Shown here piece after piece: positions 49,081 to 58,308 of a DNA stretch of 64,000 bases. Below the pieces are notes generated by a model. That model ran no database searches. It was given only the letters and a program-made list of their open reading frames with translations, and was not told the DNA's origin. Both the position numbers and the translations under genes were made by a program. Source of the DNA: Promethearchaeota archaeon (GTDB lineage Archaea > Asgardarchaeota > Lokiarchaeia > Sigyniarchaeales > SOKP01); NCBI GenBank assembly GCA_030599585.1, contig JAUVNS010000012.1, forward strand, positions 89,919 through 153,918, given 5' to 3'. The stretch's first letter is position 1; every line of letters begins with the position of its first letter.

Positions 49081-49818
49081 TTATGCATACATTCCTCCAA
49101 AATCTCTTTGACCTTTTGTTAATTTATCTAACAAATCCTGTGGAGTAAACATTCCAACAATCCGATCCTTCTCGTTTACAACTGTGAGTGGGACGCCCTG
49201 AACTTCATACTTCCTTGCGATGTCAGGATTTAAACTAACATCAATAACTTCTGCTGTTATCTTCCCTTTAGAAACAATAGCGAATAATGTTAAAACTGGA
49301 ACGGTCGCTGGACAATATGGGCAAGTAGGGGTTATGAAAATTTTCATCTCTGATTTATCGATTTTTTTAAGATGAGTTAGAATTTGGTCGGCATAATACG
49401 GTCTTACCCCGCTAAAATATTGAATTGAATTTAGAAAGGGGACAAATTCAGAACCAGTAGGGTGTGCTGAATAGCGGATAATTTCCTGACCGTCATCATT
49501 AACGAATAAAATAGCCGGAATTCGGTTAACATTGTATTTTTCTGCTTCTTCTTGATTTTCTTCAATGGATATCTCTTCAATACTCAACTTTCCGTTTGAT
49601 AGTTCCTCAAGTGTTTTTAACAAATTATAGGCTCCTTCACATGACATGCATGCTCTTTTTTTGGAGCCATCTTCCAGCGTTTTAAAATCGGTAAATAATT
49701 TCAGCGTTACTTTATGTTTTAATTTCATCATTTCTCTCTTAACATTATCAAGTTCATTTGGGGAAAATAACATCATCAAATCACCAATTATATTTCTTTC
49801 TATTGTGAATAATCTCAT
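49081..49818 (-). CDS. Protein disulfide oxidoreductase (PDO/AhpF-N-like)
   Basis: CMSC and TPTCPYCP sites, P.GSEF and VQGVP; start is probably ~14 codons downstream after GGTGAT. Confidence 0.88.
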   Translation of the reverse strand: MRLFTIERNIIGDLMMLFSPNELDNVKREMMKLKHKVTLKLFTDFKTLEDGSKKRACMSCEGAYNLLKTLEELSNGKLSIEEISIEENQEEAEKYNVNRIPAILFVNDDGQEIIRYSAHPTGSEFVPFLNSIQYFSGVRPYYADQILTHLKKIDKSEMKIFITPTCPYCPATVPVLTLFAIVSKGKITAEVIDVSLNPDIARKYEVQGVPLTVVNEKDRIVGMFTPQDLLDKLTKGQRDFGGMYA

Positions 49819-49953
49819 CTACTCTTAAAATTTTTATTCGTTTAAAATATAAAAAACTTCATTATTAATCGACTTCAAGATAAGCTTTTATATAAATTGC
49901 TTTAAGAAAAATAGAGGGTTAAGTAGAACTTTTTCCACTCCCTTAAACTATGT

Positions 49954-50952
49954 TTAATCAATTAACAACTCACACATATTTTTAAGCTTCTGTTTAGCTC
50001 TGTTTTTTCTCCCATAGAATTTCAAAATCCAATACGCATCAGGGCAATAGGTGGTGATATAAGTATTATTATCTGCAATTTCTGAATTAAGATTTTCAAA
50101 ATCTTTTAATTCTTTCATTCTCTTAATCGCAATCATCTCAGATATATCTGTTCGTAGTTGGTGTCCAACGCCTCCTCCACAACAATTATGCGGGACTGGT
50201 GAAACATTATATCCACTATCTTCATATAACTTTTTTAAGTCTTCTTCTATACCAGGAAACTCAATATATTTTAACGGGCAGGCGTGTTGAATCATAAGAT
50301 TTCCTTTATCTTTTCCGGTTATGGGAGTTAAATATTGAGTAAAATACTCTATTTTAATTCCTAACTCTTGGTAGTGTTTTTTAAGCACCATGTAGCAACT
50401 TGGACAAACAGTAATTATTTTTTCGAATCCCATTTCAATAAAAAGCTTTTTATTTCTCTCAACTAAGAGATCATAAGTATTAATTTCTCCAGTACATAAA
50501 ATTGGATAACCACAACATATTTCTTTTTCTAAAATGTTAAAATCTACATTTTTACTAAGCAAATACTTTGCGATGTTTTCGCCATATTTCGGAGTTTTAA
50601 CGGTAGTAAAACAACCAAAGTATAACAATGTCTTACTTTTTACGTTAATACCTTCTATAGGTTTGATGCGACTCTTATTTAATTTAAATGGGGTTCCGTA
50701 TTTTTTAAGAACTTCAATTTGCTCATCTAGGCCTTCAATTTTGTTTCCATCTTTTAAGAACTTTTGTTTTAGTAGGAATCGCTCGTAATGCGTACCACAA
50801 GCTCCGCAATGAACGCAATTATATAATCTAAGATAGTCTCCTTGATTGAACTTATAATCGTCCTTCGTTTCTAATAATTTTAATACCTCTTCGTTTGTAA
50901 CGAAATTATCTGGATCGACATCCCTACAAGGACAATTATAATCTTCAGTCAT
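49954..50952 (-). CDS. CCG-domain Fe-S protein (HdrB/HdrD-like)
   Basis: CVHCGAC, YFGC, EICCG, CPSC, QHAC, CCGGG and YCP motifs. Confidence 0.85.
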   Translation of the reverse strand: MTEDYNCPCRDVDPDNFVTNEEVLKLLETKDDYKFNQGDYLRLYNCVHCGACGTHYERFLLKQKFLKDGNKIEGLDEQIEVLKKYGTPFKLNKSRIKPIEGINVKSKTLLYFGCFTTVKTPKYGENIAKYLLSKNVDFNILEKEICCGYPILCTGEINTYDLLVERNKKLFIEMGFEKIITVCPSCYMVLKKHYQELGIKIEYFTQYLTPITGKDKGNLMIQHACPLKYIEFPGIEEDLKKLYEDSGYNVSPVPHNCCGGGVGHQLRTDISEMIAIKRMKELKDFENLNSEIADNNTYITTYCPDAYWILKFYGRKNRAKQKLKNMCELLID

Positions 50953-50961
50953 TTTACCATT

Positions 50962-51945
50962 TTATAGTAGTAATTCAAATAGATCCTTAGCTTTTGGGCT
51001 TATTTTGCATAATTTGCTATACCTTGATAAAACCCACCAACAACTCGGACAGTACGTCGTCGAATAATCACCTCCAGCTGTATCGAAATCGCTCATTCGT
51101 TTATTTGCAACTTTGTCGATTACATCAGTTCGATGCATATAACCAAGACCACCACCGCAGCACCAATGAGGTATGTCTACAACTTCATATCCACTTTTTT
51201 CTAAAATGTTATTTACCAGTTTATCAACCCCCTTCCTGCCACGGTTCATTAGTTGGCAAAGATGTTGTACTCCTACCTTTCCCGATTTTTTAATATCAGA
51301 GGGTTTCAAATAATCAGATATATATTTAAATTCAGTAGTCGATTTCATTGAAGGTTTATAATATTTATTGAAAAGAAAATAGCACGCAGGGCATAAACAG
51401 ATTACGGTTTTGAATTCTTCGAAAATCTCAATATTTTCCTTTTTACAAATTTCAAATTCTTCATTACAACCTGAAGCAAACCAGGGCCATCCGCAACATA
51501 TCTCTTTTTCTAAGATTGTAAAATCTACATTTTGATTAAGCAAATATTCAAGCGAATGAACAGTATATTTAGGTATTCGTATAGTAGAAAGACAACCCAT
51601 GTAAAAAAGAGTATCAGATTCCGCAGGAATTCCTTCAGGTCTTCTAATTCGCATCTTATTTGAAGGATAGGGAGTGCGATATTTCCGGAAACATTCTATC
51701 ATATCCTCAAGGCCGTCGACCGTATTACCATCTTCGAGATATTTTTGTTTTAAAAGTAGGCGTTCTTCTTCTGTTTCACATTCACCACAATGAACGCAAT
51801 TATAAAGTTTGTAATAGTCATCTTGTTCAAATTTAAATTTATCTTGGTTTTTGATTAAATCTCTGACATCGCTATCACTCAAAAAGTTTCCAGGGTCAAC
51901 TTCGTCGGTAGGAAAATTTTTTCTCCCTTTAATTCTTTCCTTCAT
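50962..51945 (-). CDS. CCG-domain Fe-S protein (HdrB/HdrD-like), paralogue of neighbour
   Basis: CVHCGEC, YMGC, EICCG, CPAC, QHLC, CCGGG and YCPSC motifs. Confidence 0.85.
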   Translation of the reverse strand: MKERIKGRKNFPTDEVDPGNFLSDSDVRDLIKNQDKFKFEQDDYYKLYNCVHCGECETEEERLLLKQKYLEDGNTVDGLEDMIECFRKYRTPYPSNKMRIRRPEGIPAESDTLFYMGCLSTIRIPKYTVHSLEYLLNQNVDFTILEKEICCGWPWFASGCNEEFEICKKENIEIFEEFKTVICLCPACYFLFNKYYKPSMKSTTEFKYISDYLKPSDIKKSGKVGVQHLCQLMNRGRKGVDKLVNNILEKSGYEVVDIPHWCCGGGLGYMHRTDVIDKVANKRMSDFDTAGGDYSTTYCPSCWWVLSRYSKLCKISPKAKDLFELLL

Positions 51946-52049
51946 GAGAATCTCTATTAATTTAATTAATAATCTCTAAATTAAATTAAGTAATCCAAAA
52001 TAATTAAAAAATATTTAAAAAAAAGTTCTTGAGATCAATATTAATTACT

Positions 52050-52205
52050 TTATTCTTTTTTCAGCTTTACGGCCGTTCTTTGAAGCCCTACTTCTTTATT
52101 TGCAGGAATGGGACTACCACAATTGTCTTTTTTTCCATCGTTAGTCTCAAAAGCTTTATCTAATTCGGCTTCCAACTCTTCGTCTGTTAGTTCTTTATTA
52201 TTCAT
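52050..52205 (-). CDS. Small hypothetical protein (51 aa)
   Basis: Manual translation MNNKELTDEELEAELDKAFETNDGKKDNCGSPIPANKEVGLQRTAVKLKKE; co-oriented with the redox cluster. Confidence 0.5.
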   Translation of the reverse strand: MNNKELTDEELEAELDKAFETNDGKKDNCGSPIPANKEVGLQRTAVKLKKE

Positions 52206-52328
52206 ATATTATTATGAGAACTCGGAATATTTAAGCCTTTTTTTTATAAATATAAAAAATCGATAATTCCTAACAAATAATTAATCCTTCTGGTAAAAAT
52301 CTAAAGAACAGAACAAGAAGATTATAAT

Positions 52329-52694
52329 TTATTTATTAAAATGGTCTAAAACTGCTTTTTCCTTTTCTATAGGTCGTCTCTCAGGCACATTAACAAATTC
52401 GGCCTTTATTGTTTCATAAAAGTCTGAACGCATATACAAATTACAATAACAAGCTCCAAATTCCTTCACATCATCAGAGGCATAATCACACGGACATATT
52501 AAATCTCGATCTAAATCTCTATTTCCTGAAGCAAGACGACATGGACAAGATTGATAGCCGTACGATTTTTTATTCTCAACTAACCCATCAATTAAGTCAT
52601 TAAACGTACCTTGGTCTTTGTTTAGCACCCAACTGTTTTTCTGGCTAACCATTCCTACATATTCTTTCATGCCTTCGGTTGTTTCCATGTCCAT
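52329..52694 (-). CDS. Ferredoxin-thioredoxin reductase catalytic subunit-like
   Basis: GL..NK..YG..CPCR...D..CPC......G.CYC motif set. Confidence 0.92.
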   Translation of the reverse strand: MDMETTEGMKEYVGMVSQKNSWVLNKDQGTFNDLIDGLVENKKSYGYQSCPCRLASGNRDLDRDLICPCDYASDDVKEFGACYCNLYMRSDFYETIKAEFVNVPERRPIEKEKAVLDHFNK

Positions 52695-52695
52695 T

Positions 52696-53022
52696 TTAAT
52701 TTCCTCCTTGATTTATTAAATTTTCTAATTTAGTTGGATCGTAACCAACAACAAATTTATCATCGCATACAACAAATGGATATGATATTCTATCTGGCTT
52801 GTAGTTTTCTCTCAAATACGTTAGCACTTTTGATTTTTCGCTCGGATCAATTTTATCAACGTCCACATAACGATATTTAATCTTTTTGTCGTTCAAATAT
52901 TGTTTACACTTCTTGCACCACATGCACGTAGATAGCGTAAAAATCGTCCACTCTTGCGAGTCATTTTCACCAATAACGCTGTGAGTTAATTTCTCAATAA
53001 ATTCTGGAAACATATCATTCAC
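52696..53022 (-). CDS. Glutaredoxin family protein
   Basis: FTLSTCMWCKKC, ISYP and VVGYD motifs; coupled to FTR. Confidence 0.88.
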   Translation of the reverse strand: MNDMFPEFIEKLTHSVIGENDSQEWTIFTLSTCMWCKKCKQYLNDKKIKYRYVDVDKIDPSEKSKVLTYLRENYKPDRISYPFVVCDDKFVVGYDPTKLENLINQGGN

Positions 53023-53054
53023 TCTTTATAATTATTACTTTAAGATGATTATTA

Positions 53055-53510
53055 TTAGATTTTACTATTTTTTCTAAGATTTTCCTTCCAATTAGGGTCT
53101 ATACATTCAATAGCCTCTTCTGTGAGCTTCTTTAAATCGCTTTCACACGATCTTGATAGTAAACCCAAATGTTCTAAAGCCCTTTTATCCCCAATCTTCA
53201 TCAAACTCTCAACAATCAAAAATAAAAGGCTTTTATCTTGTTCGCTTTCTTGCTTTTCTAGTTCTTTTTTCAATATCTCTACGATAACCATAGTCGCCTT
53301 AGCATCTTTAACTTCTCCCATAGCTTCGATAATTCTGTTTATAACTATTGGGTCTTCTTCTGAATTTAAGGCTCTTACTAATATATTTGTCGCTCTCCCG
53401 TCTTTGAAATGTCCTATCTGCCTTGCAGCAGAAGCACGTTCCATTATTTTACCATGAAATAAATTTTTAATAGCGAGATTGTACTCGTTATCTCGAGAAT
53501 TAGAATCCAT
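53055..53510 (-). CDS. HEAT/PBS-lyase-like repeat protein
   Basis: RASAARQIG..D.RA...L..AL, EAMGEV.D..A and ESLMKIGDKRA repeats. Confidence 0.8.
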   Translation of the reverse strand: MDSNSRDNEYNLAIKNLFHGKIMERASAARQIGHFKDGRATNILVRALNSEEDPIVINRIIEAMGEVKDAKATMVIVEILKKELEKQESEQDKSLLFLIVESLMKIGDKRALEHLGLLSRSCESDLKKLTEEAIECIDPNWKENLRKNSKI

Positions 53511-53685
53511 TATGTTAGTAAAATTTTGATTAGTAAAAAGTTTGATTTTTATAAATTATTAAATCTAAGCGTATTATTGGTTAATATCTACGAAATTTTA
53601 AGGAAAAAACATTTGATATAAAACTAATCACGTCTTAAATATAATCTATATAAAAACAAATTTCGTTTAATATTACAATATTACT

Positions 53686-54729
53686 ATGCCAAAAGAGGTC
53701 ATCCTCGCCTTAAGTTATTTTGATTCAATATTGGGTCCTAACCTACTTTATTCTAGTTCCCCATTAAATCCTAAAGAACATCCCGATTTAGGTAGAATTC
53801 TGGAATTCACTGATGAAGAAGGAAATTTTATCTTTACTTTTAGAAAGTACCAAACTATTAATCACATTTTCTATATTGACTCCGAATTTGCGCGAGGGGG
53901 AAAAGAGTTACTTATGATCACCTACATGATTCGAGCTGCTTACTTCAAAGACGAAATTACAGATGTATACAATTACTTGAATTCTAAAGCCCTTGATTTA
54001 GAATCCTACGCTTCTGAACTTAAAAAGCTTCAAGCACTTACAGAATTACTACATGGTCATAAAAATCGTATAAATGAAAAGAATATTCTTAATTTAGCAT
54101 CGAAAGGCTTTAAAACAATTTTTATGACTCTTTTTAATAAATATTTAGAAAAGATGAGTCCAAAGATAGATTTAACTACTCATTCATTAAATAAAGGAAA
54201 CTTAAAGAAAATTTATGTTTTTGGACCAGTAGAAGCAGGAAAAACTACATTCGTTAAAAATTTAGAGGTTATACAATTCCTACAATACAAAAACAACGAA
54301 ATGAAACGAAGTCTGTCAAGTAAAATATATGATTTTATAATTGATAACATCGAAGTTTTGACTTACGAATGTATTGATGAGGATACGGATGATGAAAAAA
54401 CGAGATTGTACGAAGATTGTATAGATAATGCTCAAGGCTTCATTTTAATCTATAATGCCTCTAGTAAAGACTCGATTAAAGATACACTTGAAATGTTCCA
54501 GTTAGTATTAAATAGATGTCAGGATAAGGGGGATTCTATACCAATACTTATTATTGGTAATAAATTTCACGACAAAGAAGAATTGCCGCCTGATTTGATA
54601 CTTGAGAATTTTGAACTGAATGAATTAGCTGAGTGTGGGTTATTGATCCAATCCTATTCCATTAATGTTCTTAGCGAAGATGAAAAAATAATTGAAGCAA
54701 TTCGCTGGCTTTTAATGCAAATAATATAG
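53686..54729 (+). CDS. Longin/uDENN-like domain fused to small GTPase domain
   Basis: N-terminal LSYFDSILGP.LLY and FARGG.E motifs; C-terminal GPVEAGKTT, AQGFILIY and IPILIIGNKFH. Confidence 0.72.
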   Translation: MPKEVILALSYFDSILGPNLLYSSSPLNPKEHPDLGRILEFTDEEGNFIFTFRKYQTINHIFYIDSEFARGGKELLMITYMIRAAYFKDEITDVYNYLNSKALDLESYASELKKLQALTELLHGHKNRINEKNILNLASKGFKTIFMTLFNKYLEKMSPKIDLTTHSLNKGNLKKIYVFGPVEAGKTTFVKNLEVIQFLQYKNNEMKRSLSSKIYDFIIDNIEVLTYECIDEDTDDEKTRLYEDCIDNAQGFILIYNASSKDSIKDTLEMFQLVLNRCQDKGDSIPILIIGNKFHDKEELPPDLILENFELNELAECGLLIQSYSINVLSEDEKIIEAIRWLLMQII

Positions 54730-54892
54730 GATACTGTTTTTCTTTAATTGAAAGATTTTCTCATTTGAAAAATTATAAATAATTTATAATCAGTCTTCAT
54801 AGAATTACGATTAATTATTATATCTTGACTTCATCGTTTTATGAATTAGAAGCTAAACCTTTTTTATATGGCGTAGATATGTAATAAATATT

Positions 54893-55183
54893 ATGTCAGA
54901 AATGCAAGTTCCAATTATTATTACAAAAGAAGACTGTCACAGATGTCATGAACTTATGGAATGGCTTGATGAGCGAAAAGTTAATTATATTGAGAAAGAC
55001 ATAGAGGACGAAGAATTCGTTCATAAATTGTTACACGATAAAAACTTCACTAAAACGTTCTGTGACGCTGATGGGTGTATTGTAAATACACCAGTTGTGA
55101 TTATGAAAGGAAAATATTGGTTTAAAGAGCTCTGGGGTATCTCAGGACTCAGAGAAAAAGAAGCTAAGAAACTTTTTTTGTAA
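54893..55183 (+). CDS. Glutaredoxin-like protein
   Basis: CHRC and NTPV motifs plus an extra FCDADGC. Confidence 0.75.
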   Translation: MSEMQVPIIITKEDCHRCHELMEWLDERKVNYIEKDIEDEEFVHKLLHDKNFTKTFCDADGCIVNTPVVIMKGKYWFKELWGISGLREKEAKKLFL

Positions 55184-55275
55184 AGTAAACTCACAGTTTT
55201 TTCTTTTGCTTATTTTTTAATTTAGGAATTAGTTTTCCAACTCTTAGCAAGTGTAAGCTTTAATATTCTATTCGT

Positions 55276-55878
55276 TTAAAGACCTTTAAGTTCTGCAAGT
55301 CTTTTTATAACTTTTCTAATCGCTCTTAACCCTTCTTCATCGTTTTGAACACCTTCCTTACCTTTATCATTACTCCATAAAGAGGCACCCAAATTAGCCC
55401 CGAACGCTCCACCTGAAACGGAAATAACATGGTTTTGTTGGTAGAAATCTAATATATTTCTTATCGCAATTTCTTGCCCACCATTCCTATCTCCTCCTAC
55501 CGCAAGAGCTAATCCATACTTATCTTTAAATACATCAGGATTTTTAGCCACTAATCCACGACAGCGATCAAGTAATGTTTTAAGCTGCCCTGACATAGTT
55601 CCTTGAAAAACTGGCGTTCCAAAAAGTAAAAATTTCGATTCTTCTAATTTAGTGTAAAGTTCTGAAATATCATCGTCGTTAATGCATCCTTTTTTCATTC
55701 TGATACAATAATCGCAGTGAGTACAAAACTTTATTTCTTTGCCTCTTACCGTCCAGTATTCAATTTCAAAACTAAATTTTTCGGCTGCATAGTTTAATGC
55801 GTATTGCACAGCAAAATCTGTTCCTTGTTTTCTGGGGCTTCCACAAATGCCTAACAGTAAATTCTTGTTTTCCACCAT
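55276..55878 (-). CDS. Iron-sulfur flavoprotein (Isf / flavodoxin family)
   Basis: GSPRK, CTHCDYC.....C, GTPVF and GG.RNGGQE motifs. Confidence 0.9.
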   Translation of the reverse strand: MVENKNLLLGICGSPRKQGTDFAVQYALNYAAEKFSFEIEYWTVRGKEIKFCTHCDYCIRMKKGCINDDDISELYTKLEESKFLLFGTPVFQGTMSGQLKTLLDRCRGLVAKNPDVFKDKYGLALAVGGDRNGGQEIAIRNILDFYQQNHVISVSGGAFGANLGASLWSNDKGKEGVQNDEEGLRAIRKVIKRLAELKGL

Positions 55879-55968
55879 AATAATAATATTACATAATTCT
55901 ATCTTTAATTATTACTATTCATTTTTAATCTAAAAAATGTTTTAAATTCTTCATGACTACAAATAACG

Positions 55969-56622
55969 ATGGAATCGTCCAAATCGAGCTTAGCAAGAAT
56001 TAAAATTAAATTTCCAGATCAGTTGTGGATTTCTGAGATTTTCAAAAACTTTCGAGATATCCGAATGGAAATTGAACATTTTCTTCCCTACGATTTTGAA
56101 AACTCAATAGGTAATTCTATAATTGAAATTTTTCACTACAATATCGATTTAATAATGGAGAAAGTTAAAAACCATAAATCTGTTATTGATATCAGCATTC
56201 TAGAAAAGGATGATAAACGGGTTAGATTCAATGTTAAAACTAAGGATCCCTTTCTTTTGTATGCGATAATTAGATGTGGCGTTTTAGTTAATTTCCCCGT
56301 GCGAGTTAGAGACGGATATGCGTATTGGCGGTTAGTTTCAAAGAGGGAGAGTATAGACAAACTTTTAACGCTATTTGATCAGAAAGGTGTCGAATATAAA
56401 CTTCTCAGAATTGGAAATTCTCCCTATAACGTTGACGACGATAAGAATAAGCTAACATTAGATGAATCTACCATCCTGAATAAAGCTATAGCTTCAGGTT
56501 TTTTTGAAATTCCAAGAAAAATTTCTTTAGAGGAATTAGCGAATGAGTTAGGAAAATCAAAATCTGCCTTATCTGTTACTCTTAGAAAAATAATAAAAAA
56601 AAAAGTCATGTTCGAGATGTAG
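55969..56622 (+). CDS. Bat-like (HTH_10) transcriptional regulator
   Basis: C-terminal LT..E..IL..A...GFFEIPRKISLEELA.ELG.SKS..S..LRK. Confidence 0.88.
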   Translation: MESSKSSLARIKIKFPDQLWISEIFKNFRDIRMEIEHFLPYDFENSIGNSIIEIFHYNIDLIMEKVKNHKSVIDISILEKDDKRVRFNVKTKDPFLLYAIIRCGVLVNFPVRVRDGYAYWRLVSKRESIDKLLTLFDQKGVEYKLLRIGNSPYNVDDDKNKLTLDESTILNKAIASGFFEIPRKISLEELANELGKSKSALSVTLRKIIKKKVMFEM

Positions 56623-56676
56623 CTACTTGTAAATTGAGTATACTTTACTGATTTACAAGCCTTCTAATTTCTAATT

Positions 56677-57186
56677 TTAATAATGCTCTTGAATTTGTTC
56701 TCCCAAAAAAGCTGCGACTTTGGAAATATTGAAAGGCCATACATAGGAGAACTGAGTGTTAGGGAATTTTTTTCGCGCTCTTTCGATAGCTTCTGGGATA
56801 TCTTTTTCTGAGTGTTCGCCGCCACGAGTCATCATAGGAGTTATTACGATAATTTTTGCAGAACCGACCTTGTGGGCTGCATCGAAAGCTTCTTCCAAAG
56901 AAGGAGAACAAAATTCATTAAAACCAACTATTACTTCATAACCAGACTGACTTGATATTTCTTCAGCTAATTCGTTTGATGCGTAAAAGTATGAGTCATT
57001 ATCTTGAGTTCGTGGCCAATTCCGCATTTTATGGTCTAATTCTTCGTATTGTTGCTGCATAGCTGGAGGGGGTGGTCCTGGCATATTTTCTAAACGTGAA
57101 TGGAGCATAAAATAATCGAGAGTTTCTTTTTGAGGAAAATCACTAGGTGGCATTCCATGCATCGCTAGAATTATAACAATTTTCAT
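56677..57186 (-). CDS. CbiX/SirB-like chelatase domain protein
   Basis: LAMHG, GFNEFCSPSL and TPMM..GGEH...DIP motifs. Confidence 0.8.
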   Translation of the reverse strand: MKIVIILAMHGMPPSDFPQKETLDYFMLHSRLENMPGPPPPAMQQQYEELDHKMRNWPRTQDNDSYFYASNELAEEISSQSGYEVIVGFNEFCSPSLEEAFDAAHKVGSAKIIVITPMMTRGGEHSEKDIPEAIERARKKFPNTQFSYVWPFNISKVAAFLGEQIQEHY

Positions 57187-57324
57187 GATACTATTATAAA
57201 TTTTAAATTAAAGTTAAAACTTTTCAATTAGACGATAAGAAGTGTGAAAAACTTAGAAAAAAATATTATTACATCCCAAACTGGGTTAAAATACGCTCAT
57301 AAAATAAAAATAAGTAAAAAAAAT

Positions 57325-58185
57325 TTAAAGCCATTCTTCCTTTAAAATATCTCCTTTCACGCCAATAACAACATATTTTATCGGAACTTTTCTGATTGCC
57401 CTCTTTGCTCCTTCTTGTACTAATCCTAATAATCCAGAACAACATGGTACATCCATGATCGCAACAGTAAGCGTGTTAATCTTAGCTCCATCTATTAACG
57501 TTTTGATTTTTTCAATGTAAACTTCTTTGCCTTGGTCAAGTTTTGGACACGCTATAGCAATAGACTTGGAACTTAAGAAATCTCTGTGAAAATCTCCATA
57601 AGAATAAGCAACACAGTCAGCAGAAATTAATACATCAGCACTTTGAAAATATGGAGCATTAGGATTGATTAGATGCATTTGAACTGGCCATTGTCGTAAA
57701 GTAGATGATATTTTTCCAGTTGATTCATTTTGAACTTCAGACTCATCAAAAACCATCGTTTGAGAGGATGGGCAACCACATTGAGATGAATGATCTACTT
57801 GCTTTACTTCTTTTTGAACCGTAGGTTCATCAAATTCCATCGTCTGACAACCACATTGGTGAGAATGTTCAGCAACGATTTGTTTAACTTGTTCTAATTC
57901 TACTTCTTCCTTACTTTTTAAAGATTCTAATCGTTTTTCAACAGCTTCCTCGTTAAATTCTGCGGCTTCTCTTTCAATTATTTCAAGGGCACCTGTAGGA
58001 CATCCTTGAATACACGCACCTAAGCCATCACAGAAAAGATCATTGACAACTTTAGCCTTTCCGTCGATAATTTCAAGGGCGGCTTCAGCACAATCTACGA
58101 TACAATTACCGCAGCCTGTACAGAGTTCTTCATCAATTTTAATAATTTTTCGTATAACTTTATTTTGATGTTCTATTTCAGTCAT
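57325..58185 (-). CDS. 4Fe-4S dicluster protein with Cys-rich C-terminal domain
   Basis: CTGCGNC...C, CDGLGAC...CP, QWPVQ, ADC, ACPKLD and VPCCSG motifs, with a duplicated HS(H/S)QCGC linker. Confidence 0.82.
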   Translation of the reverse strand: MTEIEHQNKVIRKIIKIDEELCTGCGNCIVDCAEAALEIIDGKAKVVNDLFCDGLGACIQGCPTGALEIIEREAAEFNEEAVEKRLESLKSKEEVELEQVKQIVAEHSHQCGCQTMEFDEPTVQKEVKQVDHSSQCGCPSSQTMVFDESEVQNESTGKISSTLRQWPVQMHLINPNAPYFQSADVLISADCVAYSYGDFHRDFLSSKSIAIACPKLDQGKEVYIEKIKTLIDGAKINTLTVAIMDVPCCSGLLGLVQEGAKRAIRKVPIKYVVIGVKGDILKEEWL

Positions 58186-58308
58186 ATTTAGATCAAGTGG
58201 AAAACATTATATATTTTTAATTTCGAACATGTTCTTTTCGGCTTGAATTGTGCTATTTTTCAATGTATAATAAAAACCTTAAAATAAAATAATAAAGGTA
58301 TAAAAAAT

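Noticed and set aside
46600-55183. Selenoproteins via UGA readthrough in the redox cluster
   Set aside because: Active sites are all Cys-encoded in uninterrupted ORFs; no UGA-split gene was noticed.
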